NCBI GenBank assembly: GCA_942493145.1
Contig: OW818679.1
Span: 399,566-463,565, forward strand
Direction of reading: 5' to 3'
Length of the DNA: 64,000 nucleotides
DNA from: an uncultured Bacillota bacterium
Lineage (GTDB): Bacteria; Bacillota; Clostridia; Acetivibrionales; DTU013
The notes under the pieces are model-generated. The model was not told the origin of the DNA and made no database searches. It saw nothing but the letters and a program-made list of their open reading frames with translations. Both the position numbers and the translations under genes were made by a program. Shown one piece after another: positions 29,156 to 41,620 of this stretch (position 1 is the stretch's first letter; every line of letters starts with the position of its first letter).

Positions 29156-30066
29156 AAAAAGACATTGGGAAATCCCAATCAGATATCGGGAGCAAGCAAT
29201 ATTCTTTTAAATCTGTTTTTCATCACATGCTTCTATTGCCTGCATCGCACCGATACTATTGGTTATCATCATATCGTTTAGTGACGAGATGGAAATCCTC
29301 AAAAACGGGTACAGCTTCTTCCCGAGATATTTTTTCAATGAAAAGGCATATGACTATATTGCCGCATCAGGGGAGGCTATTTTGCGAGCTTACGGGGTTT
29401 CACTGCTTGTTACGGTTATCGGGTCAATCCTCAGTCTGCTGATCATCAGCATGTATGCATATCCATTGGCCAGGCAGAGTTTTAAATACAAAACACTTTT
29501 TTCCTTTATTGCATACTTCACGATGATCTTTGGCGGAGGGCTCATCCCCTGGTATATGGTCTATACACACATCTTTAAAATAAAGGACAGCATATGGATC
29601 CTCATCTTTCCGTACCTTTTAAACGCATGGTTCGTATTGATCATGAGGACATTTTATAAGACTACCATACACGAATCCATCCTGGAATCCGCCAGAATTG
29701 ACGGAGCGGGAGAGTTCAGGACATTCTTTCAGATTGTACTTCCGCTGTGCCGCGCAGGGCTGGCTACAATAGGCCTGTTCTGTACGCTGAACTACTGGAA
29801 CGACTGGTATCTTCCGCTGGTTTTTGTCAACAATCCGAAGATGTACAATATCCAATACCTGATGTACCAGATACTTGCTGAGCATTCAGTTTCTGTGCAG
29901 AGCTCCTCACTTTTTCAGCAATCAATCCCTGGCGTTTAAGGATCTTCCCAGTGAGAGTGCCCGTATGGCGGTTGCGGTTTTGTCCATTGGGCCTATCATA
30001 TTTGCCTATCCGTTCTTTCAAAAATATTTTGTAAAAGGCCTTACAATAGGGGCTGTTAAAGGATGA
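29156..30066 (+). pseudogene. LplC-type ABC sugar permease, frameshifted
   Basis: The N-terminal piece starts at the ATG at 29156 (MFSKKTLGNP...). The core is 29259-29939, containing ESARIDGAGEFRTFFQIVLP. The C-terminal piece is 29875-30066. Three frames are used. Confidence 0.85.
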
Positions 30067-30135
30067 TTCCGGTGCAGTTGCCCAGAGAGAGCGAACTGCC
30101 CGTATCATAAAGACAAATAAATAGGAGGTTTTTTT

Positions 30136-31659
30136 ATGAAAAAAATGTATTGTATCGTTCTGGCCGTGGTTCTGTCACTGGCTATGCTGATGACAGAGCT
30201 GTACGGTGCTGCCGGCGACGCCAGGCACACCCTGCACAGAGAATAATCCGGTACAGGAACCCGTTGTTTCAGAAAAGCCGGCTGACTTGGTTTGGTATTT
30301 GGTAGGCCCACAGCAGGAACCTGAAACAGAAAAGATTACACAGGCTGCGAACACTTATCTGAAGGACAAACTGAATGTTGAGGTTAACCTGACTGTTCTG
30401 GGTTATGGTGACCCCTACAACAACAAGGTAAACACAATGCTCGCTGCAGGTGAACGCATTCGATGATATTGCTTCACAGCCGGTTGGGCTGCAGACATCA
30501 AAGCGAATTCATCCGCAGGATATTTCAGAGAACTTGACAGCTACCTGGCGAAATCCGCCACCATCACAGACATCGTCGGGCAGGCCTTCATGGACGGTAT
30601 CAAGATCAACCGGAAAAACCTTTGCGGTTCCTTGCCGCAAGGAACAGGTTCATAACTGGGGCTTTATCATCCAGAAGGCTCTTGCAGATAAATATAATGT
30701 AGATCCTGCAAGCATCAAGACATTGGAAGATTTGGAACCGGTATTTGAAACTATAAAAGCAAAGGAAACGAATATCATACCCTCTGCTCGTCGTTGAAGG
30801 ATGGAAGCACCATTTAAGCTTCTGGACTGGGATCCGATGAGTGATGACTCAATACCCGGTGCATTGTATCCGGATAACAGGGACACAAAGATCATCAACC
30901 AGTTCCTTGCTCCCGAATCCATTGCAATGTACAAGAAAATGAGAGATTACATGCAAAAGGGTTATATCCCTGCTGACGCAGCTACAATGCAGAATTTCAA
31001 TGATCATCTGAAGACGGGAAATTATTTTGCCATTTGCCAGTCCATGAAGCCGGGAAAAGCTGCTGAAATGACATCAAGCACCAGCGTTGAATGGCTTGAC
31101 GTCAACATCACCGCACCGGTTATGGCTAACCGTGATGCATCCGGCGGAGCGCTGCTGGCCATTCCTACCTCTGCAAAATACCCGGATCAGGCATTTAAAT
31201 TCATCGAAATGCTGTATACCGATAAATATCTGAATAACCTTTTTGTATATGGCATTGAAAATGAACATTATGAAAAGGTATCCGAAAATGTTGTGAAGCT
31301 GGACCGATAACACCGGTTACAGAGCAGGCAATGGCTGGAGATTCGGAGATCAGTTCAAAGATTACCTTATGGACAATGAAGATCCTGATAAATGGAACAA
31401 GTTCCTGGAGTACAACAAGGCAGGATTGGTTATGAACAGCCTCGGCTTTGCATTTGACAAGACGAGTGTGGATACTGAAGTGGCAGCATGCAAGGCAGTT
31501 GTTCAGGCATATTACAAGCAGTTGTTCACGGGATCTGTCAATATTGACAAGACAGTTGCACAGATGGAAGCGGAACTCAAACAATCCGGGGTTGATAAGG
31601 TTATAGCCGAAATGCAGACCCAGTATGACGCATTTCGCGCAAAAAATGCAGGAAAGTAA
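30136..31659 (+). pseudogene. LplA-type large extracellular solute-binding lipoprotein, multiply frameshifted
   Basis: The signal peptide MKKMYCIVLAVVLSLAML starts at 30136. Fragments follow at 30206-30466, 30450-30797, 30801-31310 and 31369-31659. The total of ~507 codons matches LplA-type SBPs. Confidence 0.85.
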
Positions 31660-31831
31660 AAAAAAACAAAAATCCCCGATTTCAACTGCGGAAGGCCGTT
31701 TGACATGACGGTTTTCCAGGAGGGATCAGGGGGAAAGGACTACACTTCGAGGGAATGTCCCGGGAGGGTTTGGGATGTCCTGGTTATCGGGCTATGTTGA
31801 GGTTTTTCTTTAATGAGTGGAGGTACCCGCT

Positions 31832-34288
31832 ATGAGATATGGTTATTTTGATGATGCAAATAGGGAATATGTTATTTCCACGCCCAAAACCCCATATCCA
31901 TGGATCAATTATCTGCGGATTCGAGGATTTCTTTTCGCTGGTATCAAGCACCGCGGGCGGTTACTGCTTTTACAAGGATGCAAGACTCCGGCGCATGACA
32001 AGGTACCGATACAACAGTGTTCCTATTGACAACGGGTACAGGTACTTCTGCATTAACGATGACGGGGATTTCTGGTCCCCGGGCTGGATGCCTGTCAGGA
32101 AGGACCTGAATCATTACTGAATGCAGACATGGGATGGGATATACTAAGGATATCCGGTGAGAGAGGCAACGGGATCCAGGTTGACATCTTGTACTGCTGG
32201 TGCCTTTAGATACAACTGTGAATTTACAAAAGGTTATGATTACAAATACCTGTAACGATAATAAAAATTTAAGGTTTTTTCTTTTGTTGAATTTTGTCTC
32301 TGGAATGCATATGACGACATGACCAATTTTCAGAGGAATTTTAGTACAGACGAGTTAGAAATTGTAGGAGCTCGGTCATTTATCACAAAACTGAGTACTA
32401 GGAAGACGCAATCCCTTATTCATTTTATTCCGCTAAATACTGGGATTAGTGCGGTTTGATACGGATAGGGACAGCTTTGTCGGGATTGCATAACGGGTTT
32501 GACGCTCCGAAGGCGGTTGTCGAAGGAAGGGCATCCAACTCCGTAGCAGACGGTTGGTCTCCCATCGCGTCACATTACATTGAGCTTGAACTTAAAGCAG
32601 GAGAGTCAAAGGAATTAGTGTTCATTCTGGGATATGCCGAGAATCCGGAAGAAGAGAAATGGGAAGCCAAAGGGATAAATAAAAAAAGCAGGGCAAAAGC
32701 AACGATACAGAGGTTCAATTCAACTGAGGCCGTAGATAAAGCTTTTTCTGGGCTTGGGGCATATTGGGAGGCGCTGCTGTCAAAATATACTGTAGAAACC
32801 TCCGGACGAAAAGCTTGAACAGGATGGTAAACATATGGAACCAGTATCAATGCATGGTCACCTTCAACATATCACGCAGCGCCTCGTATTTCGAATCGGG
32901 CGTTGGACGCGGGATGGGGTTCAGGGATTCAAACCAGGACTTGCTCGGGTTTGTCCATCAGATACCAAAGAGGGCAAAGAGAGAATACTGGATCTCGCCG
33001 CCACACAACTGGAAGATGGAGGAACTTACCACCAGTATCAGCCTTTGACGAAGAAGGGGAATCACGAGATAGGTGGCGATTTCAACGATGACCCCCTATG
33101 GCTGGTGTTGGCCACGGCTGCATATATAAAGGAGACAGGGGACTTCAACATTTTGGAGGAATATGCCCCATTCAATAATGATATCAATAAATCCGACAGC
33201 ATTTATGAGCATCTCAGGAGGGCGTTCAAACATGTGACGGAAAACCTTGGGCCCCATGGTCTTCCCCTGATAGGCAGGGCAGACTGGAATGACTGCCTGA
33301 ACCTGAACTGCTATTCTCAACACGCCTGATGAATCCTTCCAGACAACCACGTCAAGGGACGGAAGAGTGGCTGAATCTGTGCTGATTGCAGGTATGTTCA
33401 CCTTCATCGGTCCTGAGTTTGTACGGATGTGCGAATATCTGGGGAACGATGATGAGGCTAAACAGGCTAAAATGGACATTAAAAGGATGAAGGAGGCCAT
33501 CCTCAAGCATGGGTATGAAGGAGAGTGGTTCCTGAGGGCATACGACGACGCTGGGAAAAGGATTGGAAGTGCTGATAACGAAGAAGGAAAGATTTATATA
33601 GAACCACAGGGCTTCTGTGTTATGGCAGGAATCGGGACTGAAGACGGAAAGGCTATTAAAGCTCTTGATTCAGTAAAGAAAAACCTTGATACGCCATATG
33701 GTATGGTCTTGCTCAACCCCGGGTATACAAAGTATCACCACAACTTGGGAGAGATATCAACTTACCCTCCGGGATACAAGGAAAATGCCGGAATATTCTG
33801 CCACGTCAATCCCTGGATAGTTGCTGCAGAGACAGTCCTCGGGACGTGGGGACAGAGCGTTCGAATGCTATACGAGGATCACCCCGGCATACCTTGAAGA
33901 TATAAGCGAGATCCACAGGACTGAACCATATGTGTATGCGCAGATGATAGCCGGGAAGGATGCCAAGGAGGCACGGCGAAGCAAAAACTCCTGGTTGACC
34001 GGAACTGCGGCACGGAACTTCGTTGCAGTATCACAGTGGATTCTGGGGATCAAGCCGGGGTATGAGGGCCTTATGGTAGACCCCTGCATTCCTTCGGATT
34101 GGGAGGGCTTCACAGTTAAGAGATACTTCCGGAATGCCATGTACAATATATCCGTAAAGAACCCGGATAAGGTTTCCAAGGGTATAAGGAAGCTCACGGT
34201 TGACGGGAAAGAATTCATTGGGAATGTCCTGCCTGTGTTCAGGAATGGCAGAGAGCATTCCGTCGAGGTAGTCACGGGTAATGACTGA
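31832..34288 (+). pseudogene. GH94 cellobiose (cellodextrin/chitobiose) phosphorylase, heavily degraded
   Basis: The peptides [158 protein letters not shown] and NSWLTGTAA are collinear with cellobiose phosphorylase. They are spread over all three frames. My manual frame tracing finds at least eight breaks. Confidence 0.9.
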
Positions 34289-34334
34289 TGTGAAAGGAAA
34301 CATTTTTTGCCGGAGAGACTGAGATGTGGCTTCA

Positions 34335-34805
34335 TCAAATGATTGTGACACAGCTGAAGACCTGCAATCCAACGCCCTGACCGAATTGCGTCAGACCCTC
34401 GCCCGTTGTGGCTGTAATTCCGATGCATTTTTCCGGCATGTCCAGAAGCTTTGACAGGCTGATCCTCATTTCAGGTATCCTGGGTGTTATTTTAGGCGTC
34501 AGGCCCTCTATAGATATTGAGAGGTGGACAATTTTGCTTTCGCCAAGGTATTTAAGCGCTTCTGCAAGATAAACCCTGCTGTCGGTTATCCCTTCCTCAA
34601 GACACATTTTGTCGCTGACAGGCCCCAGTATATTGACACAGGTTACACCGGACACCGCATTGGTAATGGAATGAAGCACCACGTCGGCATCGCTGTTGCC
34701 CAGAAGCGGAGGATGGTCTTCAAATACCACTCCTGCGAGAATGAGAGTTTTTTGCTTATCTTCAAAATCAAAGTTATGGCTGTCCTGCCCTATACCAACC
34801 TTCAT
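34335..34805 (-). CDS. IspF (YgbB) family protein, divergent: 2-C-methyl-D-erythritol 2,4-cyclodiphosphate synthase homolog
   Basis: 156 aa, intact, and alignable along its full length to IspF (GIGQDSHNF...GNSDADVVLH...TATTGEGL). The conserved GHSDADV histidine reads Asn. The DIGKxFPDTDP loop is unrecognisable. Confidence 0.75.
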   Translation of the reverse strand: MKVGIGQDSHNFDFEDKQKTLILAGVVFEDHPPLLGNSDADVVLHSITNAVSGVTCVNILGPVSDKMCLEEGITDSRVYLAEALKYLGESKIVHLSISIEGLTPKITPRIPEMRISLSKLLDMPEKCIGITATTGEGLTQFGQGVGLQVFSCVTII

Positions 34806-34991
34806 AATGGCGAAACTCCATTCACAGTGTATTTACAACATACAATATTATACATCATTATAGCACCGTATAACACCGGTGGAAATATCTTATATGCCTT
34901 AAAGTAATATTATTTGATATTTTGGGAGCTTATTTGCGTGGTATAATATAAAAGCAGTTTTGTTCATCTCTTCAAGCTGCAGAAGCGAAAT

Positions 34992-37091
34992 TTGGAGGAT
35001 AGCTTTGTGGCTGATGTGTTAGGTGGACGGCTGAAAAAAAGGAATCACAGAATAACCAACCCCGTATTCATAATTATTGTTACCCTCTTAGTTCTCATTG
35101 GAGCTGCTTTTGTAGCATACATGTGGAATATAAGCATAAGAGCAACGGAAGATAATGCGAAAAAGCTGGCCTGGGCAGCAGAGGCAAGTTTTCAGAAGTC
35201 TGTAATAGTAAGTCTCAAAGCAGATATAAGTGATATTGAACGTGAAGAATACAAGGAAATCAAGAGCAGCCTGATGAGGTTGGTGAAGATTGAGAATGAG
35301 GTTCGCTTCGCTTATATTTATGCTGAAAGAAACGAAAAGATCTATTTTCTAGCGGATTCCGAGCCGACTGATTCTATCGATTATTCGCCACCGGGTCAGG
35401 AATTCTGGGAGGCGGATGAAGTAATCCTTCAGCCTTTCAAAAGTGGACAGACAGTGGTTACCGAGCCGGTTACCGATCGATGGGGTACTTGGGTCAGCGT
35501 CCTTGTTCCAATGAGAAGTATGGAAACAGGAGATGTGGTAGCTGTTTTCGGAATGGATTATTCTGCCGGATCCTGGAATGATTATGCCGCCGAAAGATCT
35601 CTGATGTCAGGAATTGTTGGGTTTTGCCTGATTGCAATTATCATAGCTCTTTATGTCATGCTAATTCAAAACAAAGAATTGCGGGGAGAAAAGAAAAAAT
35701 TGATAGATATGGATTTAAGACTTAAAGAGCTGCTTGAAAGTCAACGGAACAAGGCAGTTTTGCTGGATAATCTGCCTGGTATGGCCTACCGGTGTGTTTG
35801 TGACCGGGACTGGACAATGCAGTTTCTGTCTGTCGGATGTTTTACATTGACCGGGTACAAACCTGAAAACCTTATCAATAACAAGGATATATCGTTCAAC
35901 CAGATAATAGCACCTGAATACCGGGAAACATTGTGGGGCGAATGGACCCGTGTGCTTGCCCTAAGAGAGCAGTTCAAGTTTGAATATGAAATAATTACTT
36001 CAGCGGGGCAACGAAAATGGGTGCTGGAGACAGGTCAGGGAGTTTTTTATGAAAATGAAAGGGTGGAGGCTCTGGAGGGTATAATCATAGATATCAACGA
36101 ATCAAAGCAGCGCCTCCTGCAGATTCAATACATGAAGGACTTTGATTTCATGACGGGACTAAACAACCGTAAATATTTCGAAGAGGAAAAAGTAAGACTG
36201 GATAAGGATGAATACCTTCCACTGTCTGTAATTATTGGTGATATCAACGGTGTCAGACTGATTAACGACACCTTTGGGCATGCGGAAGGAGATCGCATGA
36301 TTGCTGAGATATCAAAAATCATTCAGTGCTGCTGCCGCGAAGGGGATGTCCTGGCAAGAATCGGAGGGGATGAGTTCGGAATCCTTTTGCCGAAGACTAC
36401 ATTGGATGAAGTCAATGAAATTCTTCGAATGATGAAAAATGCGTTAGAAGAATACCATCTTTTTAAAGCTGACGAATCTCGTTGTATAAACATGTCTACC
36501 GGCTACGGAATAAGGGAGGATATGGGCCAAAGCATTCAGGAGGTATGCAGGGAAGCTGAAGAATTCATGAACAAGCATAAGCTGTTGGAACATGAGAGCT
36601 ATCATAGCGCTATTATTTCTACTATCATGGGTACCATGTATGCAAGAAGCCAGGAGACAGAGCAACATGCCGAGCGGCTAGCCACATTGTCAAAGATGAT
36701 CGGACAGAAATTGGACCTTCCACAAAAGAGTATTGATGAACTCGAACTGTTCGCCATGCTGCATGATATCGGTAAAGTGGGGATCGATGATCATATATTG
36801 AATAACCCAGGCAAACTTAACGACGAAGAATGGGTAATCATGAAGAAGCATCCGGAGATAGGCTACAGGATAATGATGTCGACCGAGGAATTGAAATACA
36901 TTGCTGATTATATTCTGTCACATCATGAGCGTTGGGATGGAAAGGGTTATCCTCGAGGGCTTAAAGGAGAGGATATTCCGCTGCTATCCCGAATTCTGGC
37001 AGTTGCAGATACTTATGATGCAATGACAGAAGACCGGGTTTATAGGAAAGCGCTATCCAGAGAACAGGCAATTGAAGGAAATCCGGAATAA
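34992..37091 (+). CDS. Membrane sensor protein with PAS, GGDEF (diguanylate cyclase) and HD-GYP (c-di-GMP phosphodiesterase) domains; 3' end frameshifted
   Basis: 699 aa with a TTG start and two TM helices flanking an extracytoplasmic domain. It contains RIGGDEFGILLP, LHDIGKVGI and HHERWDGKGYPRGL. The last ~18 conserved codons (IRNNAGTQFDPNIARLFIENI) continue in the +1 frame to 37145 after an extra G near 37077. Confidence 0.85.
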   Translation: MEDSFVADVLGGRLKKRNHRITNPVFIIIVTLLVLIGAAFVAYMWNISIRATEDNAKKLAWAAEASFQKSVIVSLKADISDIEREEYKEIKSSLMRLVKIENEVRFAYIYAERNEKIYFLADSEPTDSIDYSPPGQEFWEADEVILQPFKSGQTVVTEPVTDRWGTWVSVLVPMRSMETGDVVAVFGMDYSAGSWNDYAAERSLMSGIVGFCLIAIIIALYVMLIQNKELRGEKKKLIDMDLRLKELLESQRNKAVLLDNLPGMAYRCVCDRDWTMQFLSVGCFTLTGYKPENLINNKDISFNQIIAPEYRETLWGEWTRVLALREQFKFEYEIITSAGQRKWVLETGQGVFYENERVEALEGIIIDINESKQRLLQIQYMKDFDFMTGLNNRKYFEEEKVRLDKDEYLPLSVIIGDINGVRLINDTFGHAEGDRMIAEISKIIQCCCREGDVLARIGGDEFGILLPKTTLDEVNEILRMMKNALEEYHLFKADESRCINMSTGYGIREDMGQSIQEVCREAEEFMNKHKLLEHESYHSAIISTIMGTMYARSQETEQHAERLATLSKMIGQKLDLPQKSIDELELFAMLHDIGKVGIDDHILNNPGKLNDEEWVIMKKHPEIGYRIMMSTEELKYIADYILSHHERWDGKGYPRGLKGEDIPLLSRILAVADTYDAMTEDRVYRKALSREQAIEGNPE

Positions 37092-37171
37092 TGCCGGAAC
37101 ACAGTTTGATCCCAATATTGCCAGGTTGTTTATTGAAAACATATGAATTGATGAGTGAAAACTAATGAGCC

Positions 37172-37200
37172 TGAGCAGCTATTGACAGGGCTGTGATGAT
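37172..37200 (+). promoter_or_regulatory. Sigma-A promoter of the T-box leader
   Basis: TTGACA (37172-37177), 17 nt, TATATT (37195-37200). Confidence 0.6.
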
Positions 37201-37244
37201 GTATTATATTTAAGGTTAATATTAAGTATAATATATTTAATTAA

Positions 37245-37476
37245 TAGTTAGATCGATGACGGGAAGAAGAAACGGAAGCGTTCCCAAGAGAATGAGGTAA
37301 TATGGTGCAAGCCTCTGAGCAAGACTGTTTATACCCACCCCCGAGATGCAGCCGATGAGGTTGACGGATGAGCCCGATAAAGCTTTTTTTTTGAGTGGAA
37401 TATCGATTCAAATAGGGTGGTACCGCGGATAATGATCCGTCCCTTTGCATACATGCAATGGGACGTTTTTATTTTT
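37245..37476 (+). ncRNA. T-box riboswitch leader with intrinsic terminator
   Basis: It has the GA/K-turn element GATGA, an AGAGA bulge and the distal-loop GGTGCAA. The conserved T-box sequence AATAGGGTGGTACCGCG is at 37411-37427. The terminator hairpin CGTCCCTTTGCAT/ATGCAATGGGACG (37438-37465) is followed by a T-run. The C-rich specifier region ACCCACCCCC is compatible with a proline CCN codon, but I did not fold it. Confidence 0.8.
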
Positions 37477-37632
37477 GAAGAACCCATAAGCGGCGCATTA
37501 CGACGTTGCGTATCGGTCTCGGCGCATCATGGACATTGAAATAAAATTACGCTTCGCTCAATGTTCTACCTCACATATAACATATATGCTCCGGTTGCCT
37601 CGCCTCACGCGCCTTGTACTGCTTGCTTCTGA

Positions 37633-39227
<1,595 letters not shown>

Positions 39228-39366
39228 TACTATTTTTTTGTTCTATTAGCATATTCGTATAATTTATTTGAATTTTCTGTTAATACTATTAACATGATGA
39301 TGCTGCTGCGATTCAATTATGGTTTGCAGCAGGTCGCAGACCATATAGCAACAGTATTAATGGGGT

Positions 39367-40178
39367 ATGTTTAATTAAGAAGAAATTTATTATTCTTCTA
39401 TCTTTGGTGTTTTTAATTGCCGCATCAGGGGTGTCTGCCGCACTGCATCCTTTCGAGAAAAGGGCGTGTGCTGCATCGGATAAAGCTCCTGCTTCGAATG
39501 CGGATAACGTGCTCAGACAGCATTAGCCCTGGAGAAAGAAATGACAATGCGTCTTACACGGTCACGGCCAGCGCACTCAATCTGCGTCAGGGACCTGCCA
39601 CAAGCTTTCAAGTCGTAAGAGTATTAAAAAAGGGACATGCGGTGCAGATCCTCGGCAGGATTGGAGACTGGGCGGCAGTTTATGATCCGGTTAACAAGCT
39701 GGTAGGGGCTGTAGACAGCAAATACCTGACGGCGTCCACAAGTGAAGGCTCTGGTGATTCGACGGCTGCCAGCACTGTCCCTTCTGATGTTTCCGCAGAT
39801 GAGCAGGCACCTGCTCGATCTTGTAAAATAAAGCAGGGGTCGAAGCCGGTGTCGGGACTCTGAACTTTGACAAGACACTGCTTGACACCGCAAGGCTGAA
39901 AGCAAAGGATATGGCCTTGAGACAACAGCTATTTTTCACACCAGTCTCCGACCTATGGCTCGCCATTTGATATGATGAGGCAGTACGGACTTGAATTCAA
40001 GGCTGCCGGAGAAAATATAGCCGGAAATGAGACTGTTGAAGGCGCTTTTGAAGCATGGATGAGTTCAGACGGTCACAAGAAAAACATATTGAACAGTAAT
40101 TTCAATTATATCGGAATTGGTGTTGCTTCCAGTAAAACTTATGGCAAGGTTCTGGTGCAACAATTCATCGGCAGATAA
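39367..40178 (+). pseudogene. Secreted SH3b + CAP (SCP/PR1-like, YkwD-type) domain protein, multiply frameshifted
   Basis: The ATG at 39367 is followed by an extra T that displaces the signal peptide LIKKKFIILLSLVFLIAASGVSAA. The SH3-like region is YTVTASALNLRQGPATSFQVVRVLKKGHAVQILG. The CAP C-terminus GENIAGNETVEGAFEAWMSSDGHKKNILNSNFNYIGIGV is in further frames. Confidence 0.75.
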
Positions 40179-40242
40179 AAATGACAGCTCAGCTTCTGTC
40201 AGGCAGGAGCAGACATGAATAACAAATGATGATTCTGGAACT

Positions 40243-40272
40243 GAAGGGATGGTGAGGTCACCGTCCCTTTAG
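40243..40272. terminator. Bidirectional hairpin between convergent pseudogenes
   Basis: AAGGGATGGTGAGGTCACCGTCCCTT forms an imperfect palindrome. Confidence 0.5.
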
Positions 40273-40278
40273 TGCTTG

Positions 40279-41220
40279 CTATGTGGTCAGGAATCCGGGT
40301 TCCACCTCCGTAATGCCATGCCATTGAGATCATTGAATTTACCGGCATCCTTGCCCTTTAAAGACAAATTTCAGCCTGTATGCCCATGGTGCCTGATGCT
40401 TCAGTTTAAGTGGCCTGTTTATTGAGTTAAGTCCATATTTACCATCACCTATAACCGGGTGGCCAATGTCCGCAAAATGTGCTCTTATCTGATGTGTGTA
40501 CGTCCAGTGACAAGTTCAACCTCCAGTCTGCTTATATTGGCTTCAGCATCGTACTCTATGACAGTGTACTTTGTTATGATTTCAAGTGATCCACGGACTT
40601 TTTCTTCGCTGATGAATACCCTGCTTCTGTTTTCGTCCTTCGTCACCTGCCTTTATAGTATTTGCATTTTCCTTATCCATTTTGATTCTTTAATTTTCAG
40701 GCACCTAGGTAATATTTTCTGATTTCTCCTTTATCCATGCAATCAATATTCTTGAATTCTAGACTTTCCTTGTTTTTTGCAATCATTACCAGTCCACCTG
40801 TATTCCTATCAAGGCGATGGCACAATGAAGGTCGAAAACCCAGATATTCTCCGACCAGGTCAATTAGTGTATGTGAATCGCCATCCCTGTCGGCATGCAC
40901 CGATATCCCCTGGCTTTTATTCACTATTATGATGTTGTCATCTTCATAAGTCATCGAAAACATATCTTTGGGAGACATATCCTTCGGAGAATTTGCGCAG
41001 AGGATGGAACAAACCCCAGCAAATCATCCGTTAGAAAGATTTCCACGGTGTCCCCTTCTGAAAGAGTATGCTCCTGCCTGACCCTAATTCCGTTGACCTT
41101 TACATCCCTCTTGCGGAATGCTTTCTGAAGCACCTTGTAGGCGACGGAAGGATATAACTCCAGCAGATATTTATCTGTGCGTGTGCCGGTATTCTTTATT
41201 TTTACCACTGATTTCTGCAT
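40279..41220 (-). pseudogene. RluA-family pseudouridine synthase with N-terminal S4 domain, frameshifted
   Basis: The S4 region is in ORF 40951-41220. The catalytic-motif region HRLDRNTGGLVMIAKN is in ORF 40697-40978. The downstream LVTGRTH-QIRAHFADIGHPVIGDGKYG is interrupted by 2 extra nt in cttatctgatgtgtgt (40484-40499). Further shifts occur toward the stop at 40279. Confidence 0.8.
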
Positions 41221-41449
41221 TATTTATCCTCCAGAGTTGACAGTTTACTAGGATATTACCGCAATCAAGCGTGAAAATTCAATATTTTAAGAATAAGTTA
41301 TGGGAAATTGAACATACATTAGTTTTTTTAATAAACCATATATTTTGTATTTCTTTTTCCTTTTCTTTTTGGTATAATGGCAATGCAGGAAACCTTAGGC
41401 ATTTATTAGTTCAGTTGAGAATTATCCACAAACGATAAATGGCAACAGG

Positions 41450-41608
41450 TTACCAACACGCTGAATCCCCCAAAATCATAATGGGGGAGCGGGGGACTTA
41501 CATTTGGGGTGAATTTGTACTGGAGCAATGTATTTCTGGACAAGCATTGTGCCTTGCAAAAGGGAGACTCTTCGACCTAACCCGTCAACTAACCTCGTAA
41601 GTGCAGGC
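41450..41608 (+). ncRNA. c-di-AMP riboswitch (ydaO-yuaA motif)
   Basis: It contains CGCTGAATCCCC...GGGGGAGCGGGGGACTTA...GGGGTGAATTTG...CCTAACCCGTCAACTAACCTCGTAAGTGC. These match the conserved GAGCGGGGGACCCA / GGGGTGAATC / ACCCGACAGCTAACCTCGTAAGCG blocks of the ydaO class. The RBS GAGGAG follows directly. The extended -10 TGgTATAAT lies at 41370-41378. Confidence 0.8.
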
Positions 41609-41620
41609 AGAGGAGAAATA

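Noticed and set aside
33868-34428. 186-aa minus-strand ORF bridging the GH94 3' end and the ispF homolog
   Set aside because: It is antisense to conserved GH94 peptides and overlaps the ispF-like 3' end out of frame. It is a shadow ORF.
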